Virus record (IMG/VR): IMGVR_UViG_3300036760_001531
Location: 1-62,490 of that record
Source: a virus
Taxonomy: Duplodnaviria; Caudoviricetes
Reading direction: 5' to 3' (one strand)
Length of the DNA stretch: 62,490 nt
The notes under the pieces were generated by a model. That model searched no databases and was not told the DNA's origin. It worked only from the letters and a program-made list of their open reading frames with translations. Positions 53,115 to 61,442 of the stretch are shown piece after piece; position 1 is the stretch's first letter; the number at the start of each line of letters is the position of its first letter. Position numbers and translations under genes: made by a program.

Positions 53115-53534
53115 TCACGATCTGCTGGATCGTGTGACGCCGACCTTGAATATTTCAGCCACCTTGATGGCTCCGGCTATCTCGGGGGGGATTTCGCCGC
53201 CCGCCGCGTCGATTTCCCGGACATAGGCGGAGAGCCTATTCGCGTTGACGGACTCCTTCACCATGTCGTCGTAGCCGATGGCCCGGAACCCGTTAGCCAG
53301 GTCGGCCTCGTGACCCGGGATACAACTGGCCCGGAGCTCGCGACGGGGGGAGATGGTGAACCTCCCTTCATCGGTTTCGACCTTGAGGCTGGCGATCCCT
53401 TCATCTCCCATGCGCTCAAGCAAAGACCTTTCCATCTCGGCTTGTTCTGTGGTTAATTTCTTGACGGTAGCTTCTGCGTCACGCCTTTGGGCTACCAGGA
53501 CCGCGTAGTTCCGTGCTTCTTCGGATAATGTCAT
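53115..53534 (-). CDS. Replication-module hypothetical protein (coiled-coil N-terminus)
   Basis: VKESVNA..LSAYVRE motif; operon position. Confidence 0.75.
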   Translation of the reverse strand: MTLSEEARNYAVLVAQRRDAEATVKKLTTEQAEMERSLLERMGDEGIASLKVETDEGRFTISPRRELRASCIPGHEADLANGFRAIGYDDMVKESVNANRLSAYVREIDAAGGEIPPEIAGAIKVAEIFKVGVTRSSRS

Positions 53535-53848
53535 GTATCCCCCTTCATTGGGCGGTCATCAAACTGCGGTTTTGTGAGACGGAGGTGCAAGATGGCGGCG
53601 GCGTTCCACATGACATGTGCCATGTGGTGCAGCCCACTTTCTGAATCCATATCCTCGCCTGCTGCCCAAGCCCAGGCGTGGCGCTGCAAGGAGGCGAAGA
53701 TTTCCATGAACGGCAACCCCTTTTCCCAATTTCGGTCCGCGTATTTTTTGGCTCCTTCGGTATAGACTGCCGCCAGGGTTTTGATGGCTTCCGGGGAAAC
53801 CAGGTCGTAGCGCAGCTTCCCTTCATTTCGCCGGTCACCCCGCTCCAT
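53531..53848 (-). CDS. dATP/dGTP diphosphohydrolase domain protein (DUF5664)
   Basis: GKLRYDLV...GAKKY..RNWEKG...RH...GED.D.ESGL.H.AH..WN. Confidence 0.9.
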   Translation of the reverse strand: MERGDRRNEGKLRYDLVSPEAIKTLAAVYTEGAKKYADRNWEKGLPFMEIFASLQRHAWAWAAGEDMDSESGLHHMAHVMWNAAAILHLRLTKPQFDDRPMKGDT

Positions 53849-54143
53849 TTATTTCCTTTAATTGAGGCGCCGGGGTGAACAATCCGTATTCCAGGGACAG
53901 CTTGGCCCCGTCCATGAAAATTATCTGCCGGGTGGACAGCTTCATAGAGGCATGGGCCAGGCCATGGGTGCGCACCCACCGGGACCCTATCCAGCGAAAC
54001 AGGAACACCCCCACCTCATCCACCAGGAGGCGAATATCCCCTTTTTCCCAGGTGCTCCATCCCTGCCCTTCCCAACCGCAACTATTCAGCAGGGCGACCA
54101 GCTTTTCCCGGGGATTCTTTTCGTATTTTTCGCTGTTGGGCAC
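53835..54143 (-). CDS. Hypothetical protein
   Basis: ORF between cro and the DUF5664 gene, overlapping both. Confidence 0.6.
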   Translation of the reverse strand: MPNSEKYEKNPREKLVALLNSCGWEGQGWSTWEKGDIRLLVDEVGVFLFRWIGSRWVRTHGLAHASMKLSTRQIIFMDGAKLSLEYGLFTPAPQLKEINGAG

Positions 54144-54369
54144 GGCAGTTCCGGAAAATATGATGAATTAAATAGGGAATCAAGTCTTTGAGTCCGGGCT
54201 TCAGATCCAGAATGTCGATGGAGTTGCCTTCCTCCTCGAGGAGGTCCACGATCTTCATGGCCATATCGTCCGGCAGCTTGCGCTTGCCGTGGTTCCAGCG
54301 AGAAACCAGGGACTTATCGACCCCTAAGACCGGAGCAAACCTTACCGGAATTTTTAAGATGGGTTTCAT
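54082..54369 (-). CDS. cro: Cro-like HTH regulator
   Basis: FAPVLGVDKSLVSRWNHG.R HTH, ..DLKP tail; divergent from the repressor. Confidence 0.8.
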   Translation of the reverse strand: MKPILKIPVRFAPVLGVDKSLVSRWNHGKRKLPDDMAMKIVDLLEEEGNSIDILDLKPGLKDLIPYLIHHIFRNCRAQQRKIRKESPGKAGRPAE

Positions 54370-54376
54370 AATCTGG

Positions 54377-54405
54377 AAGGTATGACAAGCTGGCAACGAT
54401 TGCAA
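54377..54405 (-). promoter_or_regulatory. Leftward cro promoter containing operator-like site 3
   Basis: TTGCAA-17 nt-TACCTT, 7 nt before the cro ATG; TGACA-AGC-TGGCA at 54383-54395. Confidence 0.75.
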
Positions 54406-54438
54406 GAAGTTTTTATTTCATTAAACACTTTTTTTGAG

Positions 54439-54468
54439 TTGACTTTTTGGCAATGATGACTATAAGAT
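54439..54468 (+). promoter_or_regulatory. Distal rightward promoter containing operator-like site 4
   Basis: TTGACT-18 nt-TAAGAT; TGACT-TTT-TGGCA at 54440-54452. Confidence 0.55.
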
Positions 54469-54635
54469 GATTACTAGGGATTCTCGGAAGCTATTTTTAG
54501 GGAATCCCTAATAGCAATTAGGGGGGATAATCATCTAAAATAGGAGGAAGGTGCATCGGCGCCCTCGGAAAAAAATGCTGGAAACTTTAACTTCATCAAA
54601 ATCAACATCAAAATCAATCAAATCAAGGAATTATC

Positions 54636-54666
54636 TTGACAGGAGGTTGACTAATTGGCTTATAAT
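54636..54666 (+). promoter_or_regulatory. Proximal repressor promoter containing operator-like site 5
   Basis: TTGACA-19 nt-TATAAT, 7 nt before ATG 54674; TGACT-AAT-TGGCT at 54648-54660. Confidence 0.7.
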
Positions 54667-54673
54667 TGGCGCT

Positions 54674-55291
54674 ATGATAAACGAGCGCATCCGAGCGTTA
54701 ATGGGGGCGCGGGGCTGGAAGATCAAGGATTTGGCCGACGAAATCGAAAGGATGAGCCCCGCCCAAAAAATTCATCAATCTCAACTCTCCCGGATGCTCG
54801 CCGGCAAACGCCAGTGGCTCATGCCTCACCTGGAAATCGTGGCAAAAGCCCTGCGAGTGCAAGTAGGGGATTTGGCTGACGAAACTGTCGCTATCCCCAT
54901 TGTCGCAGAAATTTCTGCTACCCAAGACTGCCTGTATCCTGATAGTATTGGGGACAGAAATTTGGGGTACTTGCCGCTACCACGTATCATTGCCGAAAAA
55001 AAGGACTGGCCAATGGCAGAAGAGCTTTACGGGATAAGGATTAAGGACGAGAGTTATGCCCCGGTAATCTCCAAAGGGGCGGAACTGATCGTCCAGCGCC
55101 ACGGGGAGAAGAAGGAGGAGGACCTGGTAATCTACTGCGATACGAGCAACAGAATGTACCTTGGCCGCCTATTTTTCCATGAGGGGAACCTTCTGCTCCG
55201 TTCCCTCAATCCCAGCACCCAAAAAGATATGATTTTACCTCGGCGCCTGTTGTCGAACATGGACCGGGTAGTCGCCCAACTTTTCATCTAG
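54674..55291 (+). CDS. cI: CI-like repressor: XRE HTH + degenerate S24-like domain
   Basis: RIRALM...DLA...QSQLSRML.G.R...AKAL.V HTH; YGIRI.DESY.P...G..LIV S24-like region. Confidence 0.85.
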   Translation: MINERIRALMGARGWKIKDLADEIERMSPAQKIHQSQLSRMLAGKRQWLMPHLEIVAKALRVQVGDLADETVAIPIVAEISATQDCLYPDSIGDRNLGYLPLPRIIAEKKDWPMAEELYGIRIKDESYAPVISKGAELIVQRHGEKKEEDLVIYCDTSNRMYLGRLFFHEGNLLLRSLNPSTQKDMILPRRLLSNMDRVVAQLFI

Positions 55292-55322
55292 GTATAATTT
55301 CATCTAACCATAGTTTTTAACT

Positions 55323-55370
55323 AAAAAAATCGCCGCGCTTGCAAAAAAAATGCAGCGCGGCGATTTTTTT
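55323..55370. terminator. Bidirectional intrinsic terminator
   Basis: A7-TCGCCGCGCT...AGCGCGGCGA-T7. Confidence 0.9.
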
Positions 55371-55371
55371 A

Positions 55372-55400
55372 TTGACTAAACCTTGACAAAATGGCATAGT
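55372..55400 (+). promoter_or_regulatory. Rightward promoter containing operator-like site 6
   Basis: TTGACT-17 nt-CATAGT; TGACA-AAA-TGGCA at 55384-55396. Confidence 0.7.
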
Positions 55401-55404
55401 CAAA

Positions 55405-55671
55405 ATGCCTATGGGAACAGTCTATTTAATCCACTTTGACCGCCCTTACCACCACGCCCGGCATTATTTGGGCTACACCGATGATCTACCGGCTCGTTTG
55501 GATCGGCACCTGGCCGGAAACGGCGGACGGCTGCTCCAGGTGGTCCGGGCCGCGGGCATCGGGTACCAGGTGGTACGGACTTGGGACGGGGACCGGGGCC
55601 TGGAACGAAAACTAAAAAGGCAGAAGGGGGCGCCCCGGCTGTGCCCTGTTTGCAAGGGGCAGAAAACGTGA
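55405..55671 (+). CDS. Small GIY-YIG-type nuclease
   Basis: VYLIHF...HYLG...RL..H..G.G...ERKLK...CPVC. Confidence 0.8.
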   Translation: MPMGTVYLIHFDRPYHHARHYLGYTDDLPARLDRHLAGNGGRLLQVVRAAGIGYQVVRTWDGDRGLERKLKRQKGAPRLCPVCKGQKT

Positions 55672-55787
55672 TCTGGTGGAAATGGTTCAATCGCACCCCC
55701 TGGGGGAACGATCCCACCTTATTGGACATAGTTCTCGACGTCGGCCTGATTCTCTTCATGGCCGCTATTTTGTTGACCTGCTGCTAG
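55668..55787 (+). CDS. Small membrane peptide
   Basis: GTGA overlap; C-terminal hydrophobic segment. Confidence 0.45.
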   Translation: MIWWKWFNRTPWGNDPTLLDIVLDVGLILFMAAILLTCC

Positions 55788-55908
55788 TATAAAAAACCGG
55801 GTCCGCCAAGGGGTCGGCCAACCTTGAGGCGGCGCAAGAATGAAAAAGACGGCATTCGGGTGCCCGAACACCTGGATGTCGTCTTTTTTATTGCCCGAGT
55901 GGAGGGCT

Positions 55909-57267
55909 ATGGACCTTTGGTCCCATCAGGTTGAAGCGGTTCGATTCCTTGCTCCTCTCCGGGCCGGTGGTTGCTTCTTTGAAATGGGCTGCGGCAAGAC
56001 CCGCGTGGCTCTGGAACTCCTGCGCCTCTGGGAAACTAACTTCGCCCTGGTGGTGGCGCCCAAGACCGTCCTGCAGGTTTGGGAACGGGAAGCTAAGAAA
56101 CACCTGGACGGTCATTTCTCGGTGACAGTCCTTAATGGCACCCTTCCGGCCCGGACTAAACAGGCCGAACAAGCTATGCGGCGCAAGGGGTCCCTCGTGG
56201 TGGTCAACTACGAGGCGGTTTGGCTGGAGCCCCTGGCGTCCTTGCTCAAGCGCGCTCTCCCTGGAGTGATAATCCTCGATGAGGCCCACCGGATCAAGGC
56301 TCCTGGGGGGAAGTCCTCCCGGTTTTTAAAAGACTTGGGTAAGCTGGCCCGGCACCGCCTGGCGCTTACCGGGACACCCATACCGCATTCCCCCCTAGAT
56401 GCTTATGCCCTGTACCGATTTCTTGAACCCAACATTTTCGGCTACTCTTTCACCCGCTTTCGGGCCAGGTATGCCGTCATGGGGGGCTATGGGGGCCATG
56501 AAGTTAAGGGCTGGCAGAACTTGGAAGAGCTTCACGAAAAGATGTACCGGATAGCCTGCCGGGTGCGCTCTGAGGACGTGCTGGACCTGCCGGAGACCAT
56601 GGATGAGGTTTTAACCTATGAGTTAAGTCCGAAGGCCACCAAGATTTACCGGGACCTGGAGAAACACCTTATCGCCGACATTGAGACGGGCGAGATCACC
56701 GCGGCGAATGCCATGGTCAAGCTACTCCGTCTCCAACAGCTTACCGGCGGCTGGCTGCGGGCCGATGACAGCGACCGCCCCGAGCAGGTGGATAGTGGTA
56801 AGGGTGAACTCCTGAAAGACCTCCTGGATGGCATGACTTCTTCTGATGACCTATGGATAGACGCCACCAAAGAGCAGGTGGTCGTGTTCTGCCGGTTTCA
56901 CCAGGACCTCGACTCAATCCTTGCTGCCTGTAAATCTCTGGGCATCACCTGTGCTGAACTCTCTGGCCGGCGCAGTGAATTGTCCCTCTGGGAAAGTCGG
57001 GACGCCCAGGTCCTGGCGGCGCAGTTGCAGAGCGGGGGTCTGGGGATTGACCTGACCGCGGCCCGGTACTGCATCTTCTACAGCCATGGCTTCTCCCTGG
57101 GCGACTATCAGCAGGCCCGGGCCCGGGTTCACCGGCCCGGACAGAGCCGTAAGGTCACCTATTACCACCTCTGTGCAGCCGGGACGGTGGACGAGAAGGT
57201 TATCAAAGCCCTGGATAACCGGGCTGACTTGGTGAAGTTCGTCATTGACGATCTGAGGGGGAAGTGA
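55909..57267 (+). CDS. SNF2-family helicase
   Basis: EMGCGKT, DEAH, LTGTP, GLGIDL, QARARVHRPGQ. Confidence 0.93.
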   Translation: MDLWSHQVEAVRFLAPLRAGGCFFEMGCGKTRVALELLRLWETNFALVVAPKTVLQVWEREAKKHLDGHFSVTVLNGTLPARTKQAEQAMRRKGSLVVVNYEAVWLEPLASLLKRALPGVIILDEAHRIKAPGGKSSRFLKDLGKLARHRLALTGTPIPHSPLDAYALYRFLEPNIFGYSFTRFRARYAVMGGYGGHEVKGWQNLEELHEKMYRIACRVRSEDVLDLPETMDEVLTYELSPKATKIYRDLEKHLIADIETGEITAANAMVKLLRLQQLTGGWLRADDSDRPEQVDSGKGELLKDLLDGMTSSDDLWIDATKEQVVVFCRFHQDLDSILAACKSLGITCAELSGRRSELSLWESRDAQVLAAQLQSGGLGIDLTAARYCIFYSHGFSLGDYQQARARVHRPGQSRKVTYYHLCAAGTVDEKVIKALDNRADLVKFVIDDLRGK

Positions 57268-57341
57268 TGGACGAAACTACCTTGCATGAGTTTAACGAAC
57301 AGATCATAAAACATATTTGGCCGAGGCAAGTAGATTAAGCA

Positions 57342-58913
57342 ATGAGCAATGAAACGCACATCATCGGCCCGCCAGGGTGCGGCAAGACCACCTGGCTATC
57401 CCGCCAGGTGGAGCGGGCCGCGGAGAAGTACGGGGCCGACGGCGTTATGGTGTGCTCATTCACCCGGGCGGCCGTGGCTGAGTTGAACAGCCGGCAACTG
57501 CCCATCCCCAAGGAGCAGATCGGCACCCTCCATGCCATGGCCTACCATGCCCTCGGGATGCCGAAGATAGCTGAGACCGCGCAATATTTGAAACAGTTTT
57601 CCGAGGAACACCCTGCCTATGAAATTGACGACCCCACCCGGGACGGGATTGAGGATGGGTATTCTCAGGGGGGGAAGACTCCAGGGGCCAAATTCTTACA
57701 AGAATATTCCCGGCTCCGGTCGCTGATGCGCCCCCCCGACGCCTGGCCTGAGTCAGTCCAGGGTTTTGCCAGGGTGTGGGAGAAGTTCAAAGACGAGGTT
57801 CATGCCATTGACTTCACCGATCTTATTTCGGTGTGCCTGAAAGAACAGATTATGCCGAAGTTTGAGGCGGCTATCGGCATGTTCGATGAGGCCCAGGACT
57901 TCACCCCTCTCGAATTGGCCTTAGTAAGACTGTGGGGAAAGGACTTGGAGAAATTAATCCTGGTGGGGGACGGCGACCAGTGTATCTATTCCTTCAAGGG
58001 TGCCGTTCCTGGCCTTGGCCTTGACTCCAGCATTCCTATTATCACCCTCAAACAATCATACCGAGTTTCACAGGCCATCCATGAGTTTTCCGAGCAAGTA
58101 ATCAACCTTATCCCCCCGGAAGAGCGGTTGCAACGGGAATACCTGCCTACTGCCGAGCCGGGCGAGGTGTTGGAGCTTAATGGAACCTATAAGCATCCGG
58201 AGGCGTGGTTTGACGTGGTGCAAAAGCACCTGGACCAATATCAAACCGTGATGATCCTGGCTTCCTGCTCCTATATGCTGACTCCAATCATTCAGTTTCT
58301 CAAACAGGAAGCTATCCCCTACAGCAATACCTACCGTCGTAAGCGGCGGGATTGGAACCCCTTGATCCACACGACCCGGCAGACCACCGCCGCCACCAGG
58401 GTGCGGGACTACTTTGCCGGTTGGCGCCGGAATCCCATGAACTGGACCGGCGGAGAGTTGGGTCGCTGGCTCCCCCTGGTGGCCAACGTTCTCAAGCGAG
58501 GCGGTAAGGAAAAGTTTGCGTCTATCTTGTCGGACCAACTGGCCCCCGCGCCCCTGGTCCATGAGGGTTTGCCCATGGAACAAATACAGGAAGTTGGTCC
58601 TGAGTGGATACTTGATCATCTTTCCGCCGCTCATCGTCCTGCTGAATACCATGTGCGGGTAGGGTTAAGGGCCTGGGAAGATTTGGAGATTGAACCGGCC
58701 TTGACCATAGGGACGGTGCATAGCGTTAAGGGAGGGGAGGCCGATGCCGTGCTGCTTTTCCCAGACCTCTCCCCCGAGGCGGCAAAGGCGGTCAGGAACA
58801 GTGAAATTGGCCCAACAGCCAGGATGTTTTTTGTTGGAGCGACCCGGGCGCGGACTTCGCTTTACTTGGGAAAAGCAGCTAACTCGGGGTTTGCGTTGGA
58901 GTGGCCGGGGTAA
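57342..58913 (+). CDS. UvrD/Rep-like SF1 helicase
   Basis: GPPGCGKT, DEAQD, GDGDQCIY.F.GA, QSYR, TVHSVKGGE, VGATRA. Confidence 0.93.
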   Translation: MSNETHIIGPPGCGKTTWLSRQVERAAEKYGADGVMVCSFTRAAVAELNSRQLPIPKEQIGTLHAMAYHALGMPKIAETAQYLKQFSEEHPAYEIDDPTRDGIEDGYSQGGKTPGAKFLQEYSRLRSLMRPPDAWPESVQGFARVWEKFKDEVHAIDFTDLISVCLKEQIMPKFEAAIGMFDEAQDFTPLELALVRLWGKDLEKLILVGDGDQCIYSFKGAVPGLGLDSSIPIITLKQSYRVSQAIHEFSEQVINLIPPEERLQREYLPTAEPGEVLELNGTYKHPEAWFDVVQKHLDQYQTVMILASCSYMLTPIIQFLKQEAIPYSNTYRRKRRDWNPLIHTTRQTTAATRVRDYFAGWRRNPMNWTGGELGRWLPLVANVLKRGGKEKFASILSDQLAPAPLVHEGLPMEQIQEVGPEWILDHLSAAHRPAEYHVRVGLRAWEDLEIEPALTIGTVHSVKGGEADAVLLFPDLSPEAAKAVRNSEIGPTARMFFVGATRARTSLYLGKAANSGFALEWPG

Positions 58914-59206
58914 TGGAAATGACCAGTGAAAAATCCATCGTCGAGGCTATCCGGCGCTACCTTAAGAGTATCGGGGCAAAAACTCACAAAACCCATGGAG
59001 GGCCATGCGGCCATGCGGGGGCTCCGGACATTCTTGGAGCCTATGCGGGCCGCCCTCTAGCTCTTGAGGTTAAAAAACCCGGGGGGCGGTTGACAAGATT
59101 GCAGATCAAAGAACTGGCCGAATGGCAGAAGGCCGGGGCCATATCCGGCCAAGTTGAATCGGTGCAAGATGTGAAAAACTTATTAAAAGGAGAGACCCAT
59201 GGCTAA
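58913..59206 (+). CDS. VRR-NUC (PD-(D/E)XK) nuclease
   Basis: G.PDI...EVK...G.LT.LQ. Confidence 0.88.
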   Translation: MEMTSEKSIVEAIRRYLKSIGAKTHKTHGGPCGHAGAPDILGAYAGRPLALEVKKPGGRLTRLQIKELAEWQKAGAISGQVESVQDVKNLLKGETHG

Positions 59207-59405
59207 GGATGAAGAGTATCGAGTGCAGGTCAATGCTGTTTTCATCATGAAGGGGAAAGATAAGATGGACGCCTTGGGCAAGGTTACTCAGGCTATCAGC
59301 TTGCTCAGGCCGGCGGGTTGTGTGGACCGGGAAATCAAGTGGAGTGGGGTTGTTGAGCCGAAAGGAGCAAAAGAACCGGCGCCCCCGGCCACGGAGAAGC
59401 TGTAA
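59199..59405 (+). CDS. Hypothetical protein
   Basis: AAGGAG SD. Confidence 0.65.
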   Translation: MAKDEEYRVQVNAVFIMKGKDKMDALGKVTQAISLLRPAGCVDREIKWSGVVEPKGAKEPAPPATEKL

Positions 59406-60161
59406 ATGAAAAGATCGGTAATTTACGAACCCCGGGGCAAGGCTGGAGAGTATGCGCCCCTGGCCCTGAATCTTTACCAGGGGTGCTCACACGGCTGCGT
59501 CTATTGTTTTGCCCCCACATCCACTTTTACGGACCGGGCAATTTTCCATGATTCATCCTATATCAAGCCCCGGCCCGGAATCCTGGAGGACCTGGAGAGG
59601 CAGGCGCGCCTGATGAAAGGCGATGATCGGGAAATCCTTCTGAGCTTTACCAGCGATCCCTACCAACCCCTGGAGAGGGAGGCGTTAATAACACGGCAAG
59701 CCCTGGCGATACTCATGCAGTCCAGGCTGACCGTCACCATTTTAACCAAGGGCGGGAGCTGGGGGTTAAACCGGGACCTGCCCCTGCTAACCATGAACCT
59801 TGGCAACGCTTGGAGCGTCACATTAACCCATGACAATCTGGCTACCAGTCTGGCCTGGGAGCCCGGTGCCGCCCTACCTCAAGACCGGATTGAATCCCTG
59901 CGCCTGGCAAAGAAGGCTGGTCTGAAAACATGGGTGTCCTTCGAGCCTGTTATCGATCCGGAGGCGGTCTATCGGCTTCTGGAAGCGACCTATGAATTTG
60001 TGGACCTCTACAAGGTGGGCAAGCTCAATTATCACCCCTTGGCCAAAGAGATCGCCTGGCGGCGTTTCAAGGGGGAGATCGAGGAACGCTTAACCAAGCT
60101 GGGAAAAACATACTATCTAAAAAAAGATTTACTAGCGGCATCCGACCCGGAGGACATTTAA
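59406..60161 (+). CDS. Radical SAM protein (spore photoproduct lyase-like)
   Basis: GCSHGCVYC CxxxCxxC; SDPYQP.E; ILTK; SFEPV. Confidence 0.88.
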   Translation: MKRSVIYEPRGKAGEYAPLALNLYQGCSHGCVYCFAPTSTFTDRAIFHDSSYIKPRPGILEDLERQARLMKGDDREILLSFTSDPYQPLEREALITRQALAILMQSRLTVTILTKGGSWGLNRDLPLLTMNLGNAWSVTLTHDNLATSLAWEPGAALPQDRIESLRLAKKAGLKTWVSFEPVIDPEAVYRLLEATYEFVDLYKVGKLNYHPLAKEIAWRRFKGEIEERLTKLGKTYYLKKDLLAASDPEDI

Positions 60162-60340
60162 TGACCAAGGCCGACATGCTCCGGTTCATCACTGATAATG
60201 CGGAGCAGCAGAAAGAGCTAATGGAGGTCGCCGTAGAATCGGTGCGTTTGGTTAAGCGGCTCGGCGAAGCACAAGCGCCTGAGTTAACCAAGGCCCTGAA
60301 GAAGGCCCATTTCTTACCAGGAGGAACCCCATGGCCGTGA
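60161..60340 (+). CDS. Hypothetical protein (59 aa)
   Basis: GGAGG SD and TAATG coupling; translated by hand. Confidence 0.6.
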   Translation: MTKADMLRFITDNAEQQKELMEVAVESVRLVKRLGEAQAPELTKALKKAHFLPGGTPWP

Positions 60341-60549
60341 CCTTTAACATGTCAACCATAGAACTTTACGAACCTGTGAAACCTGTGGAGCCGGTGCTCA
60401 CCGACCTCAAGCAACTGCGAATGGATCTGCACTTGGCCCTCTTGAATGCTAACTCGGCCCTGGTCCAGCTTTTTCAGACAATCCCGTTGACCCCGGATGA
60501 AATCATGCTTTTGCACTATATCGAAGAATACCTGGGGGTGGCGAGATGA
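60331..60549 (+). CDS. Hypothetical protein
   Basis: AGGAGG SD; ATGA overlap with the ligase gene. Confidence 0.6.
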   Translation: MAVTFNMSTIELYEPVKPVEPVLTDLKQLRMDLHLALLNANSALVQLFQTIPLTPDEIMLLHYIEEYLGVAR

Positions 60550-61442
60550 GGGCTTTCCCTAAAATCTTTGCCCTTGGGACGGATTATATTCGGGACATCT
60601 TCAGGACTCGGGTGGAGATCACCGAAAAGGTGGACGGTAGTCAGTTCGCATTCGGGGTGTTCGGTGGCGAATTCTTCATGCGAAGCAAGGGGGCGCAGAT
60701 TTTCCCCGAAACCCCGGAGAAGATGTTTTTGGCCGCGGTCAACTATGTGGCCTCCATTCAGCACCGCCTACCTGAAGGCATCCTATTTTACTGTGAATAT
60801 CTCAAAAGCCCCAGCCACAACACCCTGAAATATAATCGCATTCCCCGAAACCATCTCATGCTTTTTGGGGCCATGCTGTACCCGGAGGAACGGTTTGTCT
60901 CGGACTTCGATAGCCTGGTCCATTATGCCGAAGATTTGGGGGTCGAAGTCGTGCCCTTGATCTACTCCGGTGATGTCTCCGGCCCCGAGTTTATCCGGGG
61001 TCTTTTGGAACGCGAAAGTGTCCTGGGCGGGTCCAAAATCGAGGGTGTGGTGGTCAAGAATTACACGGAAAAGTTCCTGCTGGGCGGCCAGCCCATGCCC
61101 CTGATGGCCGGGAAGTACGTCTCCGAGGCCTTCAAAGAGGTACATCAGGGTTGGAACAAGGAGCACACCAGCAAAGGAAAATGGCAGACCTTCGTGGATT
61201 CTTTCCACACGGAAGCACGCTGGGTCAAGGCGGTGCAACACCTGGAAGAACGAGGTGAATTAACCAACGCCCCCCAGGACATCGGCAAACTGATTAAAGA
61301 GGTGGCCATCGACATCGCCGCCGAAGAGATGGAGGCCATTAAAAAGTTTCTCTGGAAGGAGTTCGGCCAGGAGGTTATCCGCGCCGCCACCCGGGGACTG
61401 CCGGAGTGGTACAAACAAAGACTACTGGAGAGGTCAACATGA
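60546..61442 (+). CDS. RNA ligase (Rnl2-like)
   Basis: FPKI, TEKVDGSQF (I), EGVVVK (IV), KYVSE.FKE (V), helical C-terminal domain. Confidence 0.8.
   Translation: MRAFPKIFALGTDYIRDIFRTRVEITEKVDGSQFAFGVFGGEFFMRSKGAQIFPETPEKMFLAAVNYVASIQHRLPEGILFYCEYLKSPSHNTLKYNRIPRNHLMLFGAMLYPEERFVSDFDSLVHYAEDLGVEVVPLIYSGDVSGPEFIRGLLERESVLGGSKIEGVVVKNYTEKFLLGGQPMPLMAGKYVSEAFKEVHQGWNKEHTSKGKWQTFVDSFHTEARWVKAVQHLEERGELTNAPQDIGKLIKEVAIDIAAEEMEAIKKFLWKEFGQEVIRAATRGLPEWYKQRLLERST

Noticed and set aside
53531-53848. Z-genome (2-aminoadenine) system
   Set aside because: No PurZ or dedicated DNA polymerase in the window
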